Shown piece by piece: positions 38,263-50,135 of a DNA stretch of 64,000 nucleotides. The notes below the pieces were generated by a model, which saw only the letters and a list, made by a program, of their open reading frames with translations, was not told the DNA's origin and searched no databases. The position numbers were made by a program, and so were the translations under genes. Each line of letters starts with the position of its first letter. Position 1 is the first letter of the stretch. This DNA is from Gordius albopunctatus (Eukaryota). The DNA lies in assembly GCA_964276515.1 (NCBI GenBank), contig OZ193909.1, forward strand, positions 12,958,001-13,022,000. The letters run 5' to 3'.

Positions 38263-41200
38263 GCCTGCCAGAATCCGCGACACCCGGTTCAGGCCATAAC
38301 ATCAGTCGCTTATTTTTTATTTTTGATAAATTAACGAAATTTCGTTTTTTAATAGACACTGGCGCGGAACTAAGTGTCATACCACCCCCACGTAATCACA
38401 ATCTCACCCCCTCACACATCCGCCTCCAAGCTGCAAACAATAGTTCCATACTGACCTATGGCCAGAAATCAATGGAACTGGACCTTAGCTTACGGAGAAG
38501 TTTTCAATGGGTGTTTACCATCGCCGACGTTAAGACACCGATCATCGGGGCTGATTTTTTAAATCATTATAACCTCCTCGTTGATATACGCCGCAAATGT
38601 TTATTAGACCCTAAGACTACTTTAAAGTCTTATGGGCGATATATTGATTCGAGCTTGTACAATTTACAACTCGCAATAAAGATCGATTCACCATATTTTA
38701 AAAATGTTTTAAAAGATTTCCCCGAGATTTATACCCCTCCAAATTACAGGTCACGCGTAAGCCACGAAGTAGTCCACCACATACGTACACTAGGACCCCC
38801 CGTTTATGCCAGACCTAGACGCTTAGACCCTGTCAAGCTAAAAATTGCCAAACAGGAGTTTACTCATATGCTCGAACTCGGCATAATTCAACCCTCAGAA
38901 AGCTCCTGGAGTTCTCCATTGCACATGGTTCCGAAAAAAACTCCTGGAGATTGGCGACCATGTGGAGATTACCGAGCCCTTAACGTTATAACGATACCGG
39001 ACCGTTACCCGTTGCCACACCTGCACGATTTCTCACTCAACCTAGCCGGCACAACCATCTATACAAAAATAGATCTAGTCAGAGCTTACCATCAAATACC
39101 CGTAGCCTTGGAGGACATCGCAAAGACTGCAATAACCACACCTTTCGGTCTTTATGAATTTTTGCGAATGCCTTTCGGTTTACGAAATGCTGCTCAAACA
39201 TTCCAACGCTTCATTGATCAAGCTCTCCGTGGTCTCAATTTCGCCTTTGCATATTTGGACGATATTTTGATCGCAAGTACATCAACTAGTGAACATTTAG
39301 ACCACTTACGTCAAGTTTTTACTCGATTAAGAGATTTTGATATAAAGATCAACCTGGACAAGTGTCAATGGGGACGTTCTTCTCTGGATTTTCTAGGACA
39401 TCAAGTTTCCCCACAAGGTTTAACGCCAATACCGGAGAAGATCTCAGCCATCAAGAATTTCGCCACCCCGACCACTATGACACAACTACGTCGTTTCGTG
39501 GGAATGGTAAATTTTTACCGACGTTTTATACCTAGCTGCGCACTCCTGATACAGCCATTAACTGATCTGCTCAATGACTCAAAAGGACCCCTTGTTTTAA
39601 CACAAGACGCACAGGATGCATTCGACAAGACTAAGGAAGCGCTGGATGAGATCACGACCCTGAATCACCTTGTAGGGAGCGCCACTCTCTCATTAACAAC
39701 CGATGCGTCAAACACCGCCATCGGCGCCGTCCTGCACCAAACATTAAATGGAGAGAGTAGCCCCTTGTCATTTTTTTCGCTTAAATTAAATACGACTCAG
39801 ACGCGCTACAGCACATTTGGTAGAGAATTACTTGCTATTTACCTCTCTATAAAACATTATCGACATGTTTTAGGAGCCCGAGACTTCACGGTTTACACAG
39901 ACCACAAGCCTCTGAATACTCACCACGGGAAATACGACAACTAGATTCCATATCACAATTTACATCCGACATCCAATTCATCAATGGAAAGACAAATATC
40001 GTGGCGGACGCTTTTTCGCGAACAGAGATAGATGCCATACAACTTACAAATACCACAATAACGGAAAGGATAGCTATGTCACAACAACGGGAACAATACT
40101 CAACCGAAGAGCTGGGATCCCTTAAACTGGAACAATGTTCAATTCCAGGTACGAGTTTAACCCTTACCTGCGATACATCCACCACAATTCCACGACCCCT
40201 AGTACCCAAGAGCTTACGACGCGAAGTTTTTGAGCACCTACATGGCCTGTCACATCCAGCCTCCCGGCCAACATTAAAACTGATTTCCAAACGTTTCGTC
40301 TGGCCTGGAATGAATAAAGAGGTGCGAGATTGGACGAAACAGTGCGTTTCATGCCAAAAATGCAAGGTTAATAGACACACCATCACAGTCCCAGCCACTT
40401 TCGCGGAGCCTGACGCAAGATTCAGTCATGTTCACGTGGACCTCGCGGGCCCATTGCCACCGTCTAAAGGACACAGCTACATTTTCACCGCAGTCGATCG
40501 TTTTACCCGGTGGCCCGTGGCAATACCAATCAACGACGCATCAGCTGAAACTGTAGCCCGAACATTTTTTACGCATTGGATAGCTAACTACGGAGTACCC
40601 ACTACATTAACCACAGACCGAGGCCCCCAGTTCCAATCCGCCCTGTTTAAACACTTATCTAGTTTATTAGGTTACCATCATATAACCACTACAGCTTACC
40701 ATCCACAAGCCAATGGTATGGTAGAGCGATTTCATCGACAACTAAAAGGTTCGATTATGGCAAAAGGAGACACTACCAATTGGTCTGATCGAATTCCCCT
40801 TGTACTCCTGGGTATCCGAAGCACCGTCAAGGAAGACTTGTCCTGTTCGAGCGCTGAACTGGTATACGGCACCTCTTTGAGACTACCAGGAGATTTTTTG
40901 CAACCTTCAAATTGGGACATAAATGCCGCTGATTACATCCAACGACTTCGGGAGCAGTTTGATACCGTTCGTTTTACACCCACCAGACCATCAAATATCA
41001 AACAACAGATTACCAACGATTTGGTTACAGCCACTCACGTATTTATAAGAATTGACCGGCTTCGGAAAGCTTTAGTCCCTCCGTACGAAGGTCCTTACAA
41101 GGTAATCGAAAGACATTCTAAATATTTCGTCATAGACCACAATGGAAAAAGAGACACCGTTTCAATCGATCGATTAAAGCCAGCTTTCCTCGAGCCTAAG

Positions 41201-41389
41201 GTTGATAACCCGAATTCAGCAGTTGACCCAAATGCACCCAAACCAAACAATCACTCAACGACCCAAAATTCAAACCAATCTACCATTGTTTCTTCTACAA
41301 AATCTTCCACAAAACCTAGCGCACCACTTCCCAAAACAACCATTACCAAGTCTGGCCGACAAGTTCATTGGCCAAAAAAAATTTTTTAA
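38214..41389 (+). pseudogene. pol: Pol (PR-RT-RNase H-IN) with one frameshifting deletion
   Basis: LIDTGAE protease, YLDD RT, DAS/TDHKPL RNase H, and HHCC plus DDE integrase with a GPY motif. The frame breaks at ~39910, where HKPL jumps to YSPREIRQL in another frame. Confidence 0.93.
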
Positions 41390-41694
41390 TTTTATATGAA
41401 CTCCGTTTTTACCCAGCGGAATATTTGTTGCGTCAATTAACTTAATTGTCTCATTTACATTACCTTACTACTTCACGACGTTAATTGACCAATCAAGCAT
41501 ACCTGGCGGAGACACCACTAAATTGATTTATTTATAGACACCACTAAACTTGATTGATTTATTCAAAATTCACGAGTATATAAAAGGAGTTTAAAACTCT
41601 TATTACTCACTTACTTTTCTTACAACGATTTAATTTATATTATAAAATAAAGTAATTATACTTTATCCTAATTAATAAACTAGCCCGAAACGAC

Positions 41695-44030
41695 AACCGG
41701 TCAGCCGAATAAGTAAGTAAGTAAGTTTGCCGCGAAGCCGAATAACAACCACCTAATTTCACCTAAACGCACCTAATCTCACCATTTAATAAATTATCTT
41801 TAAGTAGTTTAATGTTGTGCTATTTATAGCTTTTTATATTTATTATAAAAGTTATATAATTATGCAAATTTAACCTAATCTCACTAAACTACTGGTCAGC
41901 CGAACTTCTTTCTTCTTCTTTCTATGACTGCTTGTCACCTAGGCTGGTGGTCAGTCCTTTCAGTTCGTTTCCATTTGTTTCTATGTTTACATAGATCTTT
42001 CTTTATCTTGTGGACTTTCATATCATGCCGTATTTTATGAATCCAGGTAAGCTTCGGTCTTCCTCTCCTTCGTTTTCCTGCGAAATTTATCAACTCGATT
42101 TTCTTTCCTACGTAGCTATCGTCCCTTCTTTCGACATGGCCGTACCATCTTAGTCTATTTGTTAGGAGCTTTGTCATAATGGATGTAGTACCCAAAATTC
42201 TTCTTATTTCTTCATTTCGCCTTTGGTCTTTTTTGCTTAGGGATGTTTTTGTCACACAGAACACCTGTCAAGTCCCTCCACTTGAGCCATCAAGAATTTA
42301 TCCTTGCTTGGATTTCTTTATTCTTGTATCGTCGTACACCTTGTTTTTAGTTTTTACTACGGATTCTTTAGCCGATCTTTTAGCTACTTGGTAAGCTTGC
42401 TTATCGTTACTATCTTTGCTTTTACACCAAACTTTGTACAATCTCTTCTTTTCCTTAATGCATTTTTGCACTACTTCATTCCACCACCACGTCTCCTTGA
42501 GAATTCACCTAGTATTTGTCGTCCCGCTTTTCGCATTGTGGCAGCTATACCATTCCATTGATCCTCACATGAAGTATTTTCCTTAAATTCAGCATGTTTA
42601 ATTACCTGTTCCTTAAAATGTTGAATATTATCCTTTAGTTTCCTCCATTGTATAGTAGCGGCTACTCTTTGTACCTTTTGCCCTTTAAGGCCCTTTAATA
42701 TAAAGTTCATCACCAACAGCTTGTGTTGGCAGGCCAATATTTCACTCGGTATTACCTTAACATTTTGAACATACTTTAAGTGCGCTCTGTTTACCAGAAA
42801 GAAATCTATATGAGTGGTACGGCTGCTGTTTTTGTACGTAATAAGATGTTCCTGTCTCTTTTTAAAGAAGGTATTTCCTATTGCTAGGTCAAAAGCTTGA
42901 GTAATTTCTAGAATTTCCATACCTCCTTCATTTCTTAGGCCGTAACCCCGACCACAGTGATTTCTTTCAAATCCTCCCCTTGATTTGCCTACTTGTCCAT
43001 TGAGGTCCGCTCCGATAATTATTATTCCCTCTTTACCGAATTGGGATAGAACATCTTCAAGCTCCTTCCAAAAACACTCTTTTTCCATCTCAGAGCATCC
43101 ACTTTGAGGGTCGTATGCTGATATAACGTTTATCGTAGTAGATTTATAACAAAGCTGTATCGCCAAATTCTGTCATTGATTCATTTAACGTGGACGACAG
43201 TTTGACCGTAAAAATATAATTTGTATCCGTCCCCTATGTATTTTGCTTTTTGGCCCTTCCATTTGGTCTCTTGTATACACGCGATATCGATTTTTCTCCT
43301 CCTTAGAACGTCTGCCAATTCTCTGCTCTTGTTAGTCATTGTACCAATATTCCATGACCCAAACTTTATACTACGCAAACTAATGTCTTTAACCGTTTCC
43401 GTTTGTTGAGAGAGGGGTAGCCTTCGCTTATTTCCCACACATTCCAGGCGAAGAATGCGCGCGTCGCTTAAGGGGGACGCCCTATGGTTTTCATTCTGCG
43501 TCTTTGTTGTAGTATATATTTTGGTTTATATGGAATGAGGGAGTATTGATATCCCGGTCTTCCAAGCCTAACGGAACTATGTTAGATTTTGGCGCTTGAC
43601 TTCCTACTATTCTTTATGATGCAGTCATTTTGGTGAATTAAACCTTTCTTTGGACCACTCGTACTGATAGGCTTAATCTAGCACTTCCATTTTACTAAGT
43701 ACTCCCTCAAAAAGCACAGAAATTTTAGTCTGACCCTTCACCAAGAACCTTGCCAATAAAGTGACCCCACCAGTAACAAACATAAAAATTGTGTTTGGCT
43801 ACCAAAGTTATAGCTTCTTGGATCACGAGAGTACACAAGCTCAACCACCACTACAAGGTATTTCTGGCTCGGTTGAGACCGGTCAGCCGAACTACAACCA
43901 CCTAATCTCACCTAAACGCACCTAATCTCACCATTTCATGCATTATCTTTAAGTAGTTTAATGTTGTGCTATTTTTGGTTTTCTATATTTATATTTATTA
44001 TAAACTTATAACATTATGCAAATTTAACTT
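41695..44030 (+). repeat. ~190-bp tandem repeat (GGTCAGCCGAA / CACCTAA) split by a LINE
   Basis: Unit ACAACCACCTAAT-TCACCTAAACGCACCTAATCTCACCATTT occurs at ~41745 and ~43894, flanking the RTE insertion. Confidence 0.7.
41907..43880 (-). mobile_element. RTE-clade LINE with 5' UTR and AP endonuclease but RT core deleted
   Basis: 13-bp TSD GGTCAGCCGAACT (41894-41906 and 43881-43893) and an AAG-repeat 3' tail. APE motifs GSWNIGTM, IACIQETKW, GADLNGQVG, HIDFFLV and QHKLL; C-terminal RLRWYGHVERR...GKRRRGRPKLTW. No YADD region between them. Confidence 0.9.
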
Positions 44031-44394
44031 TAGAATCGTATGTTCATATGTTTTAAAAGAATCGTTTTTGTTCAGTTGTATGATTCTCAGTTGACTCGGA
44101 TTCATGTATCAACTGTTATACACGATCGTATCTATTCATTCTAATCATACGCATAATGTGGAAAACCGATAATAAAGAAAATACAATACTTACAAACTAG
44201 GCATATGATCTAAAATATCAAATTAAAAAGAGTTAATTACATAAATAAATATATACAATATTTATAATATTATATTATATATATAAATATATGATGTATA
44301 TAACATACATTATAATATACCATAATCATATCGTTATTACATATATTTAAACCCATCTATGTATGCAAAAGTATATATGCGCTACATATATACA

Positions 44395-45044
44395 CTAGAT
44401 GAACCCGGCAAACGTTGTTTTGCCATTTACCCGGGTGTATTAAATTATGTTGGAATTTTAGGGCATATATGATGATAAAGCGGTTATTGAAGTAAAAATA
44501 AAGTTTGATAATTTTTAAAAAAAATAGTTAAAGAGGGTTCAAAGCCCAAGCCCACACAAGAGAGAAAACCTGGCCCCATGCCCCCCCCCCTCAAGGGAAA
44601 AATCTTTAGCCCCCTGGCCCTTCAAGCATTTTTATTTTTCATTTTTCTACTTATTTAACGCGCAAAAAATGACAAAATTATTTAGCCAAGAAGGAGGGGA
44701 CACGACCGTACTATAATAATAATTGACGTTAAAAATAAGGAAAAAATTGACTTGGATTTAGTGTTTCAAATCGTAAAAAGTTTCAATTTTCCGCAGCACA
44801 TGCCTACGCCGCATTTTACAGTATACCGTATGACGTCTTTATTAAGTGCCAAAACGTATAAAACAAAAAAACCTGACCCCTCAAAAACTAATGGACCGAT
44901 TTGTCTCGAACATATTTTAAAACATGCTCCGTAGTGTGGGGAATCAACTGTAAAATTTTGAGTCAAATCGATCTGGTAGTTCTCCAAAATTTGTGGCGGC
45001 ACACATACAAACATACATACATATTTTCATTTTTATATATAAGA
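44395..45044 (-). mobile_element. non-autonomous Helitron
   Basis: Minus strand: A|TCTTATATATAAAAATG start and (TATG)n tract; 3' hairpin GGCAAAACAACGTTTGCC followed by GGGTTCATCTAG|T. Confidence 0.85.
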
Positions 45045-45195
45045 TTTACAATTATATAAGGACAATATATGTGAATAATTATAGATATAAATACATATTA
45101 ATAATATAAATACGCATTTTATTAGTTTTCCGTATTTCCAGCTTTCCACATTTCGCGTAGAAGTGATTCATTCGACAAAAATTTAAGAATCCAAC

Positions 45196-45559
45196 CCATC
45201 TGGCGAAATGGACAGCAGGCGAAAAGTCATAATAGTTGCAAAAAAGTGTGCCTATTTATATATATAGAATATATAATTTATATATACAATATATATTATA
45301 CTTTTTGTTTGAATTGCAATATAAACTAACCTATACAGCTTAAGTTACAATGGAGAACCTAAGTGCATGTATGTATGTTCCTATGATATATAACTTGTAA
45401 AAGATAATTGCAAAACAGAATTATTTATATTCCTGACAGAAAATAATCAAAAATTAGTGTTAATATTATATGTTGCTTAACTTTAGATTAACTTTAGATT
45501 TGTTGCCTAATATTAGCAAATTATTAGCAAATTTGCCATATATCCATTTCGCCAGATGG
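45196..45559. repeat. 17-bp perfect inverted repeat flanking an AT-rich core (MITE-like)
   Basis: CCATCTGGCGAAATGGA at 45196-45212 and its reverse complement at 45543-45559. No TSD seen. Confidence 0.5.
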
Positions 45560-45569
45560 CCAGGAGCGA

Positions 45570-46310
45570 TTTGTTTTTTGTTTTGTTGTCCAATGGCACT
45601 GAATCAAACGCAACATTTCATTGACTATTTAAATTCAAATAACTATTCCAGCCAGTGTTTTAATATAAGGTCGTCTTTGTTTGAAGGCTAAGGTCACTAA
45701 TGTCTAAAAGCTTACTCAAGCAGTCTCTTCGGCATGATGCTGGACGACTTGGAACTTTCATAAACTAGGGAAATTTTCTTATCCGTGAACTTGTCAAAAT
45801 TGCAATGCACCCGTAGAAAACAATCCAGGCATCCCTTATACTGCCTAGCAAACAGATTTAAATATGTTTGACGCAATCAGGTGAAAATCTTAAATCAAAG
45901 CGCTCTTAAAATGGCAAAGCTCCCATCCATCTCTAGAGCCATTGGGCCCATCCTTCGAGGAACGTATGCGCCCTGATGTATCTTCTTCAGTTTAGCATTT
46001 ACTTTAAATGGGATTTCACTTACCTATTTGCCTTTTCTGACAACAACAATAATTCTTTAGTTGTTGCCGAGTGGCTTAAATTCAATAATTGCAAAGCCCT
46101 TTTATCCTAAAACATTTAATTTCATTGATCGCTTGGTGTTCAGACACTTTTGGTAAACAGGCCTTTCCATTTTTTCATAGTCAGGAAGAGGTTCTCCTCC
46201 GCCCAAACATTCCGTATTCTTTTTACTAAAACAAAAACTTAGTCTATTTATAGCCAAATACTATTTTAAATTGTTCGCGGATTCTTGATCAATTTTGGAA
46301 GATCCTTTCT
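45570..46310 (-). pseudogene. decayed spliced ORF of unknown origin
   Basis: A 36-nt GT-AG intron (46261-46226) joins KGSSKIDQESANNLK to YKKNTECLGGGEPLPDYEK in phase. The frame continues ~220 codons with about 10 stops, and the composition is coding-like. Confidence 0.3.
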
Positions 46311-47063
46311 ATTTTATATTAAAATAGTATATTTTTATAATTGAATGCATTTTGTTATATATGTTTTATGTATTTATTTTGAATTATTGTCATTCTTAAA
46401 AAATTAAATTTTATTTAGAAAATCCCGTAATTGATAACCTATGTTAGAGTATTTTACACAGAGCAATGATATGTTTTTAGTTTTTCCCCAACCTCCACAA
46501 AATGTCTTTTTAACATCTCTATAATCTAATTCTTATTTAATTTTTAATTTATTACCATATGATCATATAGAACATTGATTAATCTGCAGGGTTTTAATGT
46601 TATCCATTGTTTCACTTCTATATTCAATCCTATCTAAGCTAATATAAACCCCTTATCAAAATTCCTCTCATTCTATCAAATAAAATGGACTACATAGTAA
46701 ATTTTTCTAAGATGAAGGCTTATTTTTTATAAGTCAGTGACAATAATTTTAAATAAATACTAAGAGATATAGGAAAATACATCAAATAATAAAATCAAAC
46801 CATTTTATTTTAAAAAATCGAGGAGGTCTTCCTGAGATGACCATGAATCCGTAAACGTTTTCAAATTGTATATGGTTCTAAAAAAGCCAAATCTTTGCTT
46901 GAATAAAAAGGGTATGGAATATTTTGACGGATGAGAACGTTTTCTTAACTCCTAGAAAAGGTTTAATTTGATTTCATTTTCTGCCTCCTGTTACTCTTTT
47001 CCCCTCGCTTTCACTTTCTGCTGCGCTCTCTTATTCCAAAAAACGATATGTGGAACTGTGTGT

Positions 47064-47677
47064 TAGAGGCCTGTAAATTCACTTTTTTCAACCCGAACCC
47101 GACCCGACCCGAAAGCGTTTTTTTAATATAAATTTTGCAAATAAAATAAGTATAAAATTTTAGATCCACATAATAATAAATAAAACTTACTTTTTTGTTG
47201 ATTCATGAATATTTAGTTATATCTTTGTGTAGTTAAATTTATAATTTACTCTATAGAGTATAAAAATAATAAATAATCATTTGTTAATATTTTACCTTTC
47301 GTGATTTAACTTTAAATTGAATATTTAATTATATCTCTATGTAGTTAAATTTATAATCTACTCTATAGACTATAAACGATAATAAATACTCATTTGTTAA
47401 TGATTCAGCTTTAAATTTAAATTTGCCTCCAAATTAAAACGAATTAAAAAATAGAAAAAGAAATTGATTATATGAATGAATGATTATAATTAGTTATAAT
47501 TCCATATTGTTTTACAAAAATTATAGATAATAGCATTAATTTAACAAATACGTTTCGTTCATTTTGTAATGTAAGATTCATATCCTTTGACCTGACTCTA
47601 TAAATCCAACCCGACCCTACCCGAATACATTCTAAAATTTTCAACCGACGGTTTCGGGTGACCTGTGCAGGCCTCTA
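47064..47677. mobile_element. hAT-type MITE (TAGAGNCCTG family)
   Basis: Perfect TIR TAGAGGCCTG/CAGGCCTCTA; TSD CTGTGTGT/CCGTGTGT; CCCGA repeats; internal duplication with a period of ~130 bp. Confidence 0.85.
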
Positions 47678-48199
47678 CCGTGTGTGGTCCTTAAATTTGA
47701 ATTAAAAGTTGTCTCTCAAGTATGTGCCTTAAATATTTGTCAATTAGGTATATAAATAGTTCCCAGTTTCTAACTAATATTTTCAGAGTATTTGAGCTGG
47801 TAGTGTTTTTGGAAAAGGCAACTATCTGTTTTTATGTGGCATTACTTATTTAATACAGTACCCACAAATTAAATTTATATATTTTTAATAATTTTGAGAA
47901 ACATTTTTCAAACATTTGTTGTTAAAAGTATTTGTTTAGTTCTTTAGATACATTTGTGACATTTGTCACCAAGAAAAAACCAAAAATAAATTTTTTATTT
48001 TTAAATAATTTTATAATAGCATAATCGTTTATTTTTTGCTAGAAATATTTGTTTAGCTCTATAAATGACAATTATGGCAATTATCACCGTAAGAAAGTCA
48101 CAAATTTAATGTTAAATTTTAATTATCAAGGATCGCATATTAATACCAGAAGAAAAAATCGCCAGGCAATATCGTCCACTTGTGATGGATCTTGAAAGA

Positions 48200-48841
48200 A
48201 AAGTATTTCTTAAAATAAGAAAGATTTATGAATCTCAAATTCGATACCAGACGCTTAAGGACATCTCGAACAATAAATATCATCAAAAAGCCACTTCACT
48301 CATGGGTCCAAGGTAAAAAGAGTATATGATGATTGGGAGACGTTAAGTACATAAAGAAAACAGCCACAAGAAAATGCCAAGAAGTTCATAGAGCAAAGCT
48401 TACAAATCCATCGTAAGACCGCTGTTAATCTAAAGACATGAAACATTATCAAACACCACGGGAAAAAGTTGTTACAAACCAGAGAGATGAGAATGATACG
48501 GTGAAGCTTGGGTTATACTAAACTTGATCATATAACGAATGATTTTCTCATGACAGAAATGGGCATTTATGGCTGCTGACATGGTTAACGAAAATCGGTT
48601 AAAGACATATGGGCATACACTATGAAGGGAGACAAATGATATAAATCGAAAATTACTGGATATGGAGGTAGCGGGGAAGAGGAAAAGGACGACCTTGTAC
48701 CATATGGAAAGGGCAAGTCGATAGAGTATTGAAAACAAAGGAGATTAATCAAGACATGGCACTTACCCTGTCAAGATAGAAGAAACTCATCAAAACAAAC
48801 CCACCATTGTGGGACCAAAATATTTTATAAAGAAGAAGAAG
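48200..48841 (+). mobile_element. RTE LINE 3' fragment, degraded
   Basis: Remnants YKSIVRP, ENRLKTYGHTL and LDMEVAGKRKR; ends in an AAGAAGAAGAAG tail. Start approximate. Confidence 0.7.
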
Positions 48842-49379
48842 ATAATTTTATCACACCTTAATCTATCATTTTTCGTTAAATCTTTTGATTAACTCGATAG
48901 ATAACAATTATGACTATTGTCACAAAGAGAAAGCCACACACGCATTTTAATACCGTACGTATTCTATCAAACCCCCTACCCGTACTTATATTCACAAAGG
49001 TTGTAAAACTGCGTACCGCATACACCCCCCCCCCCGCGTTCCCCTTATCGCGGATACCCTTTTTTGATCGTACACGCGTTAATTAATATAGCTCGTATCT
49101 TTAAAACGTAGAATAGACATAACATCTGCGGTACTGATTTTAATAGTATTTATGTCTACACAATCTCCTCTCGCTGGCCTTACTACTTCAGATGGGGTAC
49201 TTGTACTTTCTATTATTTTAATTTCCAGTACGGATTTGTTCCACTTACTTTTATTATTGCTATACACATGCGTTACGGATTATTGGATTAATATAATTAT
49301 TCATCTTGATCGATTCGAATATTAAAAGATCATTACTTAATCTTTTTTTTCTTGAGTAAAGATAATACCCGATAATGTA

Positions 49380-50135
49380 GAAACACAATTCGCATAGACT
49401 AACCAAAGCATTAATATCCTTTGTAATTTTAGGCCACCATACATAATCTCGTGGAATTTGTTTCATTTAGAGGCATTCTCGCATTTTGGATAGCATATAT
49501 CTTAGTAAGATTTGGTCTAACACAACCGTCTCCTAATATATGCCCTAAATACATAACCCTTTCTACTGAAAATACGCATTTCTTTTCAGCAACACGTAAC
49601 CCTTTTGCTTTAATTAATTTTAATACATTTATTAAACGCTTGTCATGTTCGTCCCTAGTGGAACCAGTGATCAAGATATCGTCTAAATAAAAATTTATGC
49701 CTTCTAAATTTAAAAAAATTGATGTCATTGTTCTTTGAAAGATTGCCGCTGACACACTCAAACCGAAAGGTAAACTTTTAAATGTAAATAAACCCTTTTC
49801 TGTATTAATGGTCAATAATTTAGCGGATTTACTAGTTACGCGCAATTGCAAATATGCATTAGCCAGATTAATTTATGAAAAAAAATTTCGCGCCTTTTGA
49901 ATTGGCTAACATCATATTTCAATTCTGGGGAAGGGATATCTCACATCCACCACACATTTATTGATTTTTATTCGGTAGTCAGCACACACCCTTATCGTTC
50001 CATCTGGTTTTTTAACCGGAACTAAAGGTGTTGCCCAATCCGAATAATCAACTGGCTCGATTACATCATCTTTCAACCAAGTGTTAATAACATGTTCAAC
50101 TTGGTCTTTCCATACTAATGGAATGCGCCGACCCT
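49380..50135 (-). mobile_element. Ty3/gypsy pol remnant (RT fused by deletion to the integrase zinc finger)
   Basis: WATPLVPVKKPDGTIRVCADYR, LPFGLSVSAAIFQR and FYLDD, then directly RDYVWWPKITKDI...CELC. Confidence 0.88.

Larger units (their letters stand above)
37104..41670 (+). mobile_element. Ty3/gypsy LTR retrotransposon, CsRn1/Kabuki-like
   Basis: 5' LTR 37104-37359 and 3' LTR 41426-~41670 (last ~10 bp missing). PBS TGGTGACCC is tRNA-Trp type. Gag carries the CHCC box characteristic of this clade. Confidence 0.95.

Noticed and set aside
42471..43438. Endonuclease ORFs that could be annotated as a host 'craniofacial development protein 2-like' gene
   Set aside because: They lie within a TSD-flanked RTE element and are frameshifted.
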